A stretch of DNA of 64,000 bases, taken from assembly GCF_000743755.1 (NCBI RefSeq), contig NW_014569536.1, positions 1-64,000 of the forward strand, written 5' to 3'. The notes under the pieces are model-generated. The model searched no databases, was not told the DNA's origin, and saw only the letters and a program-made list of their open reading frames with translations. This DNA is from Blastocystis sp. subtype 4 (Eukaryota). This document shows positions 38,073-50,092 of this stretch, piece by piece. The stretch's first letter is position 1; every line of letters starts with the position of its first letter. The translations under genes and the position numbers were made by a program.

Positions 38073-39038
38073 CTAAAGCATACCACCCTCCACTTGTGAC
38101 TCAATGGAGCATTCATCTGTTCCCATCCGAATCCTGAATTGTCCTTCTTCTCCCCAATCTTCATTCCAACTATTTACAACACGCCAAAAAGGAATATCGT
38201 CTTCTACTCCCCATCCAATGAGTTTGACTGTATGTAAAGCAGTCCGCTTTCCCGTTTCGTATTTGTAAATACCACTTTTGTATGTCAAAAAGTCTTCAAA
38301 GACCTGAAATGTTGCATCTACAGGTCCATTGGTGTAGATCTCAGTTTTGATCTGTTCCACGTCCTTCTCCAGCTGAAAAGCACTCGAAAATTTGTGGCGA
38401 TCTTCAAGGTACGGAATAGGATATCCATCTTGACACGAAGTAGAACACTCAGGAGCTGTCTGGACTTTCGAAGAACATTCTGGATACTTTCCCTTCACTC
38501 CATGATCACACTTGGGAAATGCATACGCAGTACACCAATCTTTCGAATCGTATCCTCCACCGGTCACAATTCCTGTTCTCCGAACATACTCCCAAGCCAT
38601 ACCCGTATATCCACCCTGACATTTGTATCCACAGTCCTCACAACATGTAAGAAGATCTTCAGCAGATAAGCGAGACTTATCCTTTCCATCGGTAGCAATG
38701 CAAAGTCGATCTGTTGCGACTTGAGCAACTCCGAAAGCCCAACAAGACGCACACTCTCCCTGGTCCAAAACCTCCGTAATGGATGTACACTGGGGCCACT
38801 TTTCAATCGCATTGAAACTCTCCGGAAGACCGTCAACAACAGCTACAGATTTGATAGGTAATGGGTCCTTGTTTGGGAACGTACCAAGATATTGAGAATA
38901 ATCCCGCAATGGAATCTCCTCATTCGCAAGCCATGTTGTTTTCCGAGAATTCACTTCTTTTGCAATTTCGACAAGTCGAGGAGGGTGACACAGAGCAGAC
39001 GCAAACAAAGATACGAAAAGACAGAGATGTGTCAACAT
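38073..39038 (-). CDS. Cathepsin B-like cysteine protease (intronless)
   Basis: Signal peptide; DQGECASCWAFG; occluding-loop-like segment; HTVKLIGWG; NSWNEDWGEEGQFRI. Confidence 0.95.
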   Translation of the reverse strand: MLTHLCLFVSLFASALCHPPRLVEIAKEVNSRKTTWLANEEIPLRDYSQYLGTFPNKDPLPIKSVAVVDGLPESFNAIEKWPQCTSITEVLDQGECASCWAFGVAQVATDRLCIATDGKDKSRLSAEDLLTCCEDCGYKCQGGYTGMAWEYVRRTGIVTGGGYDSKDWCTAYAFPKCDHGVKGKYPECSSKVQTAPECSTSCQDGYPIPYLEDRHKFSSAFQLEKDVEQIKTEIYTNGPVDATFQVFEDFLTYKSGIYKYETGKRTALHTVKLIGWGVEDDIPFWRVVNSWNEDWGEEGQFRIRMGTDECSIESQVEGGML

Positions 39039-39054
39039 TGAATGAACAAACACA

Positions 39055-40299
39055 TTATACACTAAAGTTGACTACAAAGCTAAGTGCAAGGGCAACAAGA
39101 CCAATGGCAGAAAACCTCACTAGGCTTTCTCGGAGTTCTAATTGTTCCTCCACCGACTGACTGGGTTCCTTGACACTCGAACTTTCCTGCTGTGGTACCG
39201 TCGACTCCACATTTGAATAGTCATCTAAGATAAATCAGGAATAGAAAAACAACCTGTCACTTTGTATGCTAACACTGCGTCAGGGTTTGTAGGAGTTGAA
39301 CATGAAATATGCATTTTATAGCTTCTCTAGAAGTGAAAGATGGACTGGAAGAATACAAGGAAGAGATTGTTTGAAATGGGATCTCCAAGAGAAGGAGAAA
39401 AGTAGCGTTTCATGATTCCATCATAATAGTCAACGAGAGTCGGGTAACTGTAGAGTTGATTATGAAATCTAGACGAATAGGTCATGATACGAGCAAGATG
39501 GCCAAAGAAGATGGCATCCAAGGAGCTCGGTCTATAATAAAGATGAAACAGAGAATAGACTTGGAACCAAAGAGGAATTGAAAAGAATTGTCCAAATTAG
39601 TTTCTCGATTCACATGCAACTTCTCGTTAAGCACTCGGTAAATATTATCTATCAGAGACATTTGCTATAAATAAGTAATGGAGACAAGTCCTACTTGATC
39701 ATCAGAGGTAGGAATTGTAACCTGAAGAGAGTTCTTGACAAAATTGGCTTGACTGTAGTAATAAGTTCTAAATAAGAATTTATGCAAGCAAAGTACAGGG
39801 AATTCGGAAAAGGCATAATAGACCCATAAATAGAGGATAAAGATTTATAGGCACGAGTTCTCCTAGACCACTTCTGATATTCCTATCATTCATTTCCAGT
39901 TCGGTCCCTACATAAATGTCATTGGCACAATGCTCTATTAGATATGTAAATAGCATAATTTCATCTTGCACATTCTTCCCAAAGTCCGCATCTAAATCAC
40001 AAATCTAGGAGAAATACTCAACATCCGCACGTACATTCTCTTTGATAAAACGAATAATCATTCGATTACCAACAGGCCGATTTCCGTAGGACAGTTGAGG
40101 AAGGCGACCTGTACAGTAAGTTCTCCCCAACAGAAAGACCAGTAAGCTCAACAGAAGGATACTCCGTATTATATTCGGTGAATTCCAGGTTTGCAAAGCG
40201 TAAATATGCCTACATATGAACTCAATAAAGAATCCATACTTGAACATCCCAAGCATAATCAAATTGTAGTAGAGAAAGAGAAAGTTTTGTTTCTTCCAT
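39055..40299 (-). CDS. Metaxin/Sam37-like GST-fold outer-membrane protein with C-terminal anchor
   Basis: CTGRLPQLSYG N-terminal domain; FLFGSK/PSSLDAIFFGHLAR; tail FSAIGLVALALSFVVNFSV*. Confidence 0.65.
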
Positions 40300-40604
40300 A
40301 ACTAAAGAGTAATTGGTAAAACAATGGTGATTGAATAGAATCCCTTAGAGAATGTCAGCTTCAAGTTTAGATACAAATAGTAATCCAGAACTGAAATTTA
40401 TTACTTAAATAGGACACAAGGAGTCGGTCATTGTGTATTCCATTAACTCAATGGATTACTGTCTCCATGTGACTAGTCTCAAAATGATACATGAAACAAC
40501 TTTAGGTATCCTCATTCACTCTAGATAGTGTTGCGAAGATTATTGCAGAAACGGCATTTTGATTCTTTGCAGTTAACAATTGTATTACCATATTAGGGTA
40601 TAGA

Positions 40605-41423
40605 ATGCAATTCTTCTGGCTTGTTGTCATGATTTCATGTAAGTTGATATTGTCAAAAGAGGATCTCTAACCTTGTTTAGTTTTGGGAAGCATTCAGGCT
40701 TCCAAGTGTCCAGCTGATGGCCTTTGGCCTGAATCTGAGGGAGGCATTGACATTGTTGTCAATTGTCCTACTGGAACATATGGAAGAATGTCTCGCTATT
40801 GTATGAAAGCAAAGAATAACACTGCTGAATGGCAGGAGGCGAAAATGGACTCGTGTTTGGATCTCAATCCCGAACCTGGAATGGGTTATATTGATATGAT
40901 CTACAACATCCCACAATCTAGAGCCCGGTTTATTGAATATCGTCCTTCTGGTTTCAATGATGCTCTTCAGTTTGTATATCGTGTTAATACTACGGCTGTG
41001 ACCGTTCATCGAATAGCAGAAGAGGCTAATATGGTAGTTATTCTTTTCTCGATGAATGTGTAGACATCCTCTGTTCAGGTACGTATTACGCTTGAAATGG
41101 AGAAGGCTTATGAGTTATTTAATGAAATCATGAAGTCAGATCGTGCTAATGAGATTGCTGAGTATTTCCAAAAGAACAACAATAATGGAAGACGTTATCA
41201 ATATTTGACACTGAAAGGTAATCTCCATTGTGATATCTCCTATATTGGCAATCGTCTTCTGACAGTAACTCACTTACCTCCTAAGAACGCGTTTGTCGAA
41301 TACATGAAAGATCACTTGCTGTGGATCATTCTTTGTTGTGTAGAATTTGTTATTATGCTGATCCTTGCTCTTTCCAAATGTGGTTATAAAGTAGATAAAC
41401 AAGAGGAACAACCTCTTGTTTGA
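40605..41423 (+). CDS. Single-pass surface protein with an HRM-like Cys/Trp domain (paralogue A)
   Basis: Signal peptide; CPADGLWPES...NCPTGTYGRMSRYC...EWQEAKMDSC; PEPGMGYID; C-terminal TM. Confidence 0.7.
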
Positions 41424-41528
41424 TTTTGAGTCTCTATAAGTACAGGAATCAAAAGCATTGTTTATTGGAATACACAATTTCGGATTCCCGCGGGATCGGA
41501 TTCTATTTGAAAAGTCACAAATAGACCA

Positions 41529-42383
41529 ATGTCTTTACTGGCCACGTTTCTACGATGGATAAGTAGGGTATTGGATCCGAACTGGAAGAGTAACTAACTT
41601 CTTTCTAGTAGTTCTAGAAGTAACGGTTTCTGATTGTCCAAAAGATGGAATATGGGAGAAAACAGCAGACGGAAAAGAAAGAATGCTTCCTTGTGTGGGA
41701 GAAACCATGGGACAAATGACACGTCGTTGTCGAATAACAGGCACCAATACGTCTGCTTGGGATGATCCAGATTACCAGTATTGTCTTCCGAAGTATCCAC
41801 CTAGTGGAATGGGATATGTGGATTATTCCTATTCTATTCCACATTCGAAAACTGTTGTAATATCAAATAATCCGCAAGGAATAGTAAAAGCGGTTAGTAG
41901 TGTATATAACTTGCCTTCAGATGCTGTGTCTGTTTATCGAGTAGCACGTCACAGTGTCCAAGTAGGAATTCTTTAATCGTTTAAGTGAAGGATACCTTTG
42001 TTCAAATGCGTATTGCTGACTCTATTGAAGCAGCGAAGTCGTTTTATTTTCGGATCAGTTCCAATGATACTGCTCCTGATTTGTCGCGTTTTTTGCAGAA
42101 TAACAATGATGCCGGCCTCCGTCTCAATTTTCTGACTGAGGAAGGATTGACAAGTTGTGATATTATGTACATGTATGGCCCCTATATTAATTATCCAAAA
42201 CCTGTAAATAATAGAATTATTGTGGTGGCTTGTGTAGTCGTTGTAATTGGTATCGTTCTCTTAGCTATTATTGGCTTTTATTCGTGGCTTCAGATGAAAA
42301 GATGTACGCAGAACAAAATGCCTCCTCATCTGATTACACCTTCGCCAATGGAGGGAGAGGAACTGCCAACCCGTTATGTTTAG
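41529..42383 (+). CDS. Single-pass surface protein with an HRM-like domain (paralogue B)
   Basis: CPKDGIWEKT...PCVGETMGQMTRRC...AWDDPDYQYC; PPSGMGYVD; C-terminal TM. Confidence 0.7.
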
Positions 42384-42446
42384 TTCTTTAGTATGTAAGT
42401 TGTTTGTTGCTAAGAATCCTCATTTGGGTAGAGTCATCTTTCATCA

Positions 42447-43798
42447 ATGTATCCATATAGTCTTAGTGAAAGTGATGAGGATGATGACTATGATGATGTA
42501 TCGTTTTTGTATCTCTTTGGAGGTTTAGGTTGTATATGGTGGATATGCATGGAATGAATATGTGATGCCAAAGACAACAAGAAAAGGAAAAGGTGCTCCT
42601 GTTTCAAGTGACATTTCAGAGGTAGATTGTAGAGAGAAAGAATAACGTGTAGGAACTCCAAATCAAATCTCGAAGTGTCTCCTCAGTACTCCGAAGTGTA
42701 GATGGATTGAATTCGGATTCAGTTGGTGTCTTTGGGAATTCAACTCGTGGACCGAAGATGTCGTTTCATTGGGTTCCTTTCTCTGGGAGTTCGTTCAATG
42801 AACTCGCTCAGAAGAGTCCTTCTCTCGATGCTACTACATTATTCACAGAAATCACCCGACTCTCTCAACCAAGTACTGTTCAGCCTGAGATGGATAGTAT
42901 CGTTGCTACCGAAGAATCACGACCTGCAGTTCATATCCCTTCAAGTCACTTTCCATCCATCCTCGCTTCGCAGTCTGTCGTCTCCCATTCGCAGATATTT
43001 CCCTCTCAGATTGTTAGTTCTCAGCAGTCTATTTCTCGTAGAACAAAGAAACGAGAACGTGTTGATTGGAGTGTGATTAACAAAGACAAGTTCTCCAAAC
43101 AGTCTTTTGAAACCACAGTGCTGAAAAAAGCAACACAAAGCGTTCCTCTATCCCAGCCACTTGCTCATCTACAACAGTTGCCTTCACCAAGTTCGATGAA
43201 ACGCCCTATAGAATCTCTACAGTCCAGATCTGAAGCAAGCATTCAAAATGTCCCAGGACTCACAAACAAAGAATGGAGGGCTATGCTTGACGAAGAGTCC
43301 AGACAGATTCCAGATGTACCTCCAGCGAATTCGGTATGGGGGGAGCTCTCATCTCAATTGCGCCAACTTGTTGTTTCACGGGATGCCTTGGGAACAGTTC
43401 CAGATATTGATACGCAGTCAATTACATATCGAGGCGAGATAGTTGTTGTGAAGAAAGATATGCGATATGCCAAAGTAGTGTGGATGGATGAGAATCCATC
43501 TGTTCAACGGATTGTATTAGCTGTGAATGGTAGATATCTTGGAGTTGTGATAACCTAGATTTCTCTACCGAAATCCAACTGGTTCTTCTTATGTTATCCG
43601 TCCATGTTGTAGAACGAATTGGAATCCAATTAGGATCTGTTGTAGGGATTGCAGATGGGTTCAGACGGTAGATGATGTTTAGTAAACAAAGTCGAATAAT
43701 CCAAAGAGATGGCACTTCGCTACTTTTGGGAAGCGAAGTTTTAGCAATAGAAAGGAATCCTTCTATTATCCAAGTGTTTCAAAATGTTGAATATAGTT
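42447..43798 (+). CDS. Hypothetical protein: disordered N-terminus, possible C-terminal OB-like fold
   Basis: Long ORF 42707-43558 plus spliceable flanking exons. Confidence 0.5.
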
Positions 43799-43816
43799 AT
43801 TGTGTTTGATTCAGAC

Positions 43817-44789
43817 ATGTTCTCTTTTCTCCTTCGTCCTTTGAATCTAAGGATATGGGCTCATTCGTCACGCAATATTTGCAGACAAAGGAGGCTACTC
43901 AAGTTGTCATCAAGTTCTTCACTATTCCGTTTGTTTACAACATCGACACAGAATATTAAGCCTATCCAAAGTGTCTTAAGTGACATACCTGTCACCAAAG
44001 CATGTGAAATGCTGAATTCTCGGAAATTAACATATTCAGAGGTTGATAATATCGAATGGATAATAATTGTAGGTTGATCAAGTCGCTTTCTCTTTTGCCC
44101 AACGTGATGATGTGAGTATAGAGGTTCTAGACTAGTCTTTTAGTTGAACTATAGGATGTTGAGATTGCAATCAAAGCCTTATTTCGAATCAGGCATTACA
44201 GTCGAATTGTACACTTTTTCAATGTTGTACTTGAATTACATGTATGCTGAATTGTAATACTTATCATTCTAGTCCAGAGTTCGATTTAGCACCCGATCAA
44301 CGGAACTTGTATTTGAATCAATCCTTCAAGAGAAACAATATGCATTGTTGGATACATTATGGGCCTTGTGTCCAGAGAGGGAGCAATCGAAATGGGGTGT
44401 GATGAGCTTATATACACGTGGTCTTCTGGCAAGTCACAGAATAAATGAAGCAAAAATGTTTCTCACAAGGATAGAGTACGAGGGTTATACCATTCCTGTT
44501 GCCAATAGTCAGGTTCTCCAAGGTTTTTGTGTTTCTATTCTTGTTATGTCTAGGATTCTATGATGGTGGTTATTTCGAAGAATGTCTTCATTACTTTGAG
44601 TGTTTGCTTCCAATTGATAATACCTATCAAATCCTTGGTGGTCAAAAAGGAATAGAGTGTACACTATTATCAGCTTATCAGTTGGAGCGAAAAGCAAGTA
44701 TATCAAAAGTCAATGAGGTGATGAAGAAACTGGAATTGAAGCCATCAAAGGAGGTACTAACACAATTGAAAGCAATTCACAGGGGTTAG
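43817..44789 (+). CDS. Probable mitochondrion-targeted helical-repeat (PPR-like) protein
   Basis: Arg/Ser-rich presequence MFSFLLRPLNLRIWAHSSRNICRQRR; repeats such as LYTRGLLASHRINEAKMFL. Confidence 0.5.
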
Positions 44790-44803
44790 CGTGTTTGTTC
44801 ACA

Positions 44804-45430
44804 ATGCCTTCATTTGAGAACATTACGTTGAATGGCTCGTGGTCTGTATCTAGTGCAGAGCTTGGCCATGGTGTTGGAAACATGATCGATGGTGATGTTG
44901 TTGTTGGAGATTGATGCTCATGAATAGCTGACAACATATTGGCAATCCAAAGCAGAACCACCTCATACAGTCTCTGTGAATGTAACATCCTTTTTTGTTG
45001 ATTCTGACATCAAGTTCACAACAAAGCAAATGATTTCTTCTATCAAATTCTACATCAGCTATGCAATGGATTCGACATATTCACCATTGCTTGTATCGAT
45101 TCTCTATGGCCAAGATGGTCAACAGTATAAGGAATTCAAAACATTTTCGATTTCTGAAGTGAATGACTGGTTTGTAGTGAGGACTGTTCGTTTCGTTGAG
45201 TGTAGGTGGATACATTCCGAGATAATCATCCACTCAAGGCCTTTTCATTGCAATTTGTGATTCATGAAATGCACCATAGTGGAAAGAATACAAGAATTCG
45301 TCAAATATGATTGTGACTATCGATTGAGGTCTAGATTCAGATTCTGTCTCCCGAAATGATCCCTCTCCAGATTAATAAACTATTTGAATATTCAGATCCG
45401 CTCCTCCAGTCTCAAATAACCCTTCGATAG
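44804..45430 (+). CDS. APC10: Anaphase-promoting complex subunit 10 (DOC1)
   Basis: WSVSSAELGHGVGNMID...TYWQSKAEPPH; DSTYSP; LQFVIHEMHHSGKNTRIRQI; C-terminal TLR (IR-tail like). Confidence 0.85.
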
Positions 45431-45443
45431 TAACAAACAAAAG

Positions 45444-46435
45444 ACTGTTTGATTTCAAAAAGCTCATCACTTGAATAGGAGTATTCAGCCTTCCTATCCG
45501 TCACAAACAGATCATCAGGCTCGTTAATATCGAGAATCGTTGCTTCTTCTACTTGGTCGACTTGAATGGTACTAATCTCGTTGGGCATACTGATTTCCCG
45601 AGTAAGATGTCGATTTCCTCCATATTCACCTACAAGTACACTCACATCCATAGGTTCAATCGAAGCTTCGCCAGCTAGATCTTCAGTTCCATGATTATGC
45701 ATTCTATCAGGAAGTTCAGAAGCCTGGAGAGATAGACGAGATGGAACTTCTCTTGAATTATCAAGTATTGAATTCTCATTAGATTGTTGAGTTGAAATAT
45801 CAAGCACTGATCCTTTCTGAGCACCTTGCGCATCAACTGGAGACACTCTCGACATAGCTTGTGTATCAAGCCTCGACAATCTTGAAGTACTCTGTGTATC
45901 AAGCGTTGATACAGCCTGTATATCGCGAATCCCCACTGTACTCACGCCGGATAGAACATCAGTACTTAAAGGTTCACCAAGCCCAACATCACGAAGGCTA
46001 GACATTTCCACTGGAGCAGCTACGGGATCGTCCACAAATTCAGCTTTGGAGTCTTCCAAAGGATCGGTCAAACTATTCATTCTCTCCGGATATTCACTAG
46101 AAGTTGCTAATAATGGTAACGAAGACACAGAACGTTCGATATCCCGAGCAGCCAAATAATCGAGATGCTCTGTAGGTTTCTCCTATTCTTGATTATAATG
46201 CCAAGAAAGTACTGGTATTCGACTACTATATGCTGAAACGTATGCAAGTCTAGGGTTGAAGGACTTTTGGAGCGACCGACTAAATCTAGTAGTATATCCA
46301 TTCTTCCTACTCAATCTCTTTCAGAATTCGTTGTGAATATTCAATATTCTGTTTGGTTTTCATCTATATCTTCATTGTCTTTCATCCGTTGTCTACAAGA
46401 TACTCTTCAATAACAGGATCTGAGACAACTGGCAT
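45444..46435 (-). CDS. Hypothetical acidic low-complexity protein
   Basis: Multi-exon with a long last exon ending ELFEIKQ, then T, CTTT, TGTTTGTT. Confidence 0.6.
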
Positions 46436-46548
46436 CTCAGTACCAACCGATACAAACAAACAAATCAATGCTCATAACAATACTTTGCTGACTTCAAAAC
46501 ATTATCTTAATAGTAAAACAAACATTCAACATAGAAAACGAAAGTAGA

Positions 46549-46915
46549 TTACATGCATCCTCCACGAAGAGCAAGTACCATATTAACCACAGTACCACTT
46601 GTTAGTTGGTAGGATTTGAGAGTTTTATCATCTGCCCTAATCCTCATCAACAAACCACCTTTCAGTACATAACTTTTCCCTTCACGATCAATCGGAACTG
46701 GTCTGGAGAGATTCCCTCCTTTTCCATCAACGACTTCTTCAGATCTGCCACCTATATGTATCATTCAATCTGCTTCCTCGAAATACCGTTAAATTGTCAT
46801 CTAAATTGAAATCTCTCTATTTTGGGAAGAATCCCACACATAGCCTACCTTCCTTCCTGAAACTGTCTGTGGATAAAAGCCAACACCGGTAACATACCTT
46901 AATAATAATCTGCAT
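46549..46915 (-). CDS. NEDD8: NEDD8/Rub1-like ubiquitin-like protein (about 4 introns)
   Basis: MQIIIK...VADLKKSLMEKEGISPDQFRLIVKGKVM/ADDKTLKSYQLTSGTVVNMVLALRGGCM*. Confidence 0.75.
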
Positions 46916-46965
46916 AAATGAAAAACCTGTCAAAGAGAATGTGTCTAGTCAACAAACAGAAGAGG

Positions 46966-47748
46966 TCACATGAAACAACAGCAACAACACTTCTCTTCAC
47001 CCTCCGATTGTTCGGAAGGTAAGAGTACTTCTCTAACATCCGAAAGTTCAGGTTGATAAACACCAGAACCCTCAGTCAAAGATACAGTTGGAGCCTCATA
47101 CGAAGTGTCCAATACTTGTTTATCTTCTGAAGGATTACTCCTGGCAGACGGCATTTGGGACATTCTATACCTATTGTAATGTTCTATGTACTCAAATAGA
47201 CAAGTTGTTAGACGAGCAACCTAGAGATGACGATACACATGAAGAGCCACATCATTATCATCAAAAATTGTATAATCAATAATTAAAGATTTCTCTATTC
47301 CGAGATCAGCACAGTGATCACCAAATATTGTGATGTTGACATTGTAATCCATATACTCCGCTATGTAAGAGTCATTCAAAGCACACTACCTGGGTGTTCA
47401 ATCCATTTCCCAATCGGATGAGAAGGATAGAGTATCTCAGCAACGCGACAAAGAACCTATTCTATAAACCAATCTTTCAACCACAAACTGTTCCATCTCG
47501 TAACGATGATACAATATCCGAAGATACAGTCTCAGACAAAATCTCTCCGCACCAAGATGATATCTCAAGAGACGATTGCTACATGATGATTAAGGGATCC
47601 ACAAAGGAACCTCAAGTTGTTTCTTCATTTCTTCTAACAAGAAAGGCGACATTCCTTTCCTAGGTGCAGATGCTGCAGAATGATTCAGTGGTAATCTTCC
47701 CGAGCTCATCACATCGTAAAACTCATCTTCAAAACTTGAATCCTCCAT
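46966..47748 (-). CDS. Calponin-homology domain protein with C-terminal CCCCCFM
   Basis: ISSWCGEIL...SSLRDGT/VLCRVAEIL...NITIFGDHCADLGI...VARLTTCL; ends KCCCCCFM*. Confidence 0.7.
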
Positions 47749-47797
47749 AGAAGAAAAGAAGTGATAACAAACAGACAAAAGACGTGCACCAACAACA

Positions 47798-48592
47798 TTA
47801 GAATTTCTTATGAGGGACCCATGGCACTTCTTCCACCTTGTCAAACTCTACTGACCACCGACTGGCAACATAGAGAAAATCGCTCAAACGATTCAAATAG
47901 CGCTGCACTGTAGGATCTACCTCTTCTCGTTCCACTAGAGGAACCACGCTTCGTTCGGCTCGACGACAAATGGAACGACACATCTGCAATGAGGCACCTC
48001 CTTCAGCAGAACTCTAGTTGTCATAAACTGGAAGCAAACCTACTGGGATAGTGAACGTCTTAAAAGGTGGAAGCTTTGCATCCAACTCATCAATCCAGCG
48101 CTCCAAAACAGTCACATTGTCTTCAGGGAATTTTGTTTTCTCAATCCTCTTTGATCTACATAAAAGGACAATAACACCTCTACTCACTCGTATGAGGCGG
48201 AGTAGCAATAGCAGCTCCAAGATCGAAAAGCCTGCTTTGGATCTATAGGAAATTGACTAGAAAGAAACCCACTTCGATAAGTTTGGGAGCAAGACCATTA
48301 TTGGACTTCTCAGCAAAACCACGAGCAAAGCCAAGAAATCTATAGATTAGCTTTGATTTTCATGATATACGAATTCAGTTCATCGGTATTCCCAAGAGCA
48401 TGAAAAACATCATCATACTTTTTCCTTCTCTCTCCATTGTATAGAGAGGATGATCCCTTGTCACCGGTGCGAGTGTAGATACCCGATTTCCTTTCTTTCA
48501 AACAACAAGGATTCGCCTCACTTCACTTCTGAAAAGAAACGGGTAAATGTTAGTGATCTTGGTAGAGCAGTGGAAACAACACGCGTGAACAT
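47798..48592 (-). CDS. MMAB: ATP:cob(I)alamin adenosyltransferase (PduO/MMAB) with mitochondrial presequence
   Basis: [60 protein letters not shown]. Confidence 0.93.
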
Positions 48593-48730
48593 ATTCATTT
48601 TATTTTCTGTCTTCTTTACAATTGAAATGGAGAGGAAATTCCATTCATCTGGTAACTCATGAAGGGTAGTCAATTATTATGGTAACATTATTCCGAGAGA
48701 TAACTTTACTTAACTCATTAACTGTTTGTG

Positions 48731-50067
48731 ATGTCTTTTCTTGTGCGTTTCCTCCTGTTAGGAAAGAAATTTTCTTCCATCGGTGTAGGACTTGTCAGAA
48801 ACTTTGTATTAGTTGCATTTGGATTCATATGTAGAGATTGCTACAATCTTCTGGGAAAGAAATTAACAGTAGCTCTAGAATAAGGCATTGATCATTAGAG
48901 CTACCACCAGTAGAAAAGAAACGCGAAATAAGGGAAATATACTTTCCTATCCTTCGAAAGTGTTAGAGTCTGTTAGGTAATTAACTGTAGTGAAAGAACC
49001 AACGGATAAGAAAGTCCGGTATTTTATGATCTGGTTTGTATCAGGTTGTGGTGTTGCAACCGCATCAGGGTTTTTGTGGATCAATAATCGCGAGGTTGTC
49101 CCAATCACTGGACGTCATCACACTGTCGTATGACCACTTACTTAGGAATCATTGGATAGTTATTTTCTAAAGAAACTGAACTTCTGCTTAAGAAGTATGT
49201 ATTAAAAAGTCTTGGGTACAAAGAACGTCATCCTGTGATCACATCGAATAATGGAGAAGAAGTCACAATTTTAACCGATACGATTAATGGACACATCATT
49301 CTTCACGATGAAAATGATAGCCGAGTTCGCTTGGTGACGACAGTAGTTGATCATCTCAAACGAGCTTGTATCTACTTCAGTCCAGAATCCGAAGATTATT
49401 TTAATAAACTTCAGCTTTACATTGTTGATGATCCAAATACAATCAATGCTTTTTCTGCTATGGGAGGAGTGATTATTGTGTATACTGGAATCATTAGTCT
49501 CTACATGGAGGCTTATGAGAAAGGACTTATTAAGGATGTAGAAACGGTTAGAATAAGACTTGGGATTCATCATTAGTCATTGGCAGGAGTTCTTGCTCAT
49601 GAATTAGCTCATTCTCTAGCCTCTCATGTTGTAGAAGATACCTTCCATTTGTCGAATATTCTGTTCTATTTTATGATGTTTGCTTTGAATGATGTGATTA
49701 TTACTCCGTTTGTTCAGGAGGTGGTGGATACTTCTAGAAGGTTGGGGATATTTAATTGAATTGAGGGATAGTCGGAAGCATGAGAAAGAAGCTGATATCA
49801 TGTCTTTGTATATACAGAAACGAGCTGGATATGACATTAGGCAGTGGCCTCAGACAATCAATCTGCTGAAAACAGATGATGAGACATACTTTGATGATCA
49901 TCCTCGTACTGAGAAACGTGTGGAATATATTAAACAAGAAATTCCACAAGTCGAAAAGGCTTTTAAAGGGGAGTATGTTGTTGAAGCGAAGGTAAAAGAT
50001 GTTGAGAAAGGGGTTGTATACAGTGTTCTTGATTCCATATTCCAGTTGTATCGCTTAGCTTTTTCGT
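48731..50067 (+). CDS. OMA1: Oma1-like M48 zinc metallopeptidase
   Basis: VPITGR, INAFSAMGGVIIVYTGI, VLAHELAHSLASH, SRKHEKEAD, DHPRTEKRV. Start is approximate. Confidence 0.8.
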
Positions 50068-50092
50068 TTAGTGTTTATTCAAACAAAGACAA

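Noticed and set aside
41417..41425. TGTTTGAT overlapping the stop of HRM paralogue A as a poly(A)-stop case
   Set aside because: The 4-nt rule gives no in-frame T; a genomic TGA exists and a TGTTTATT lies downstream near 41459.
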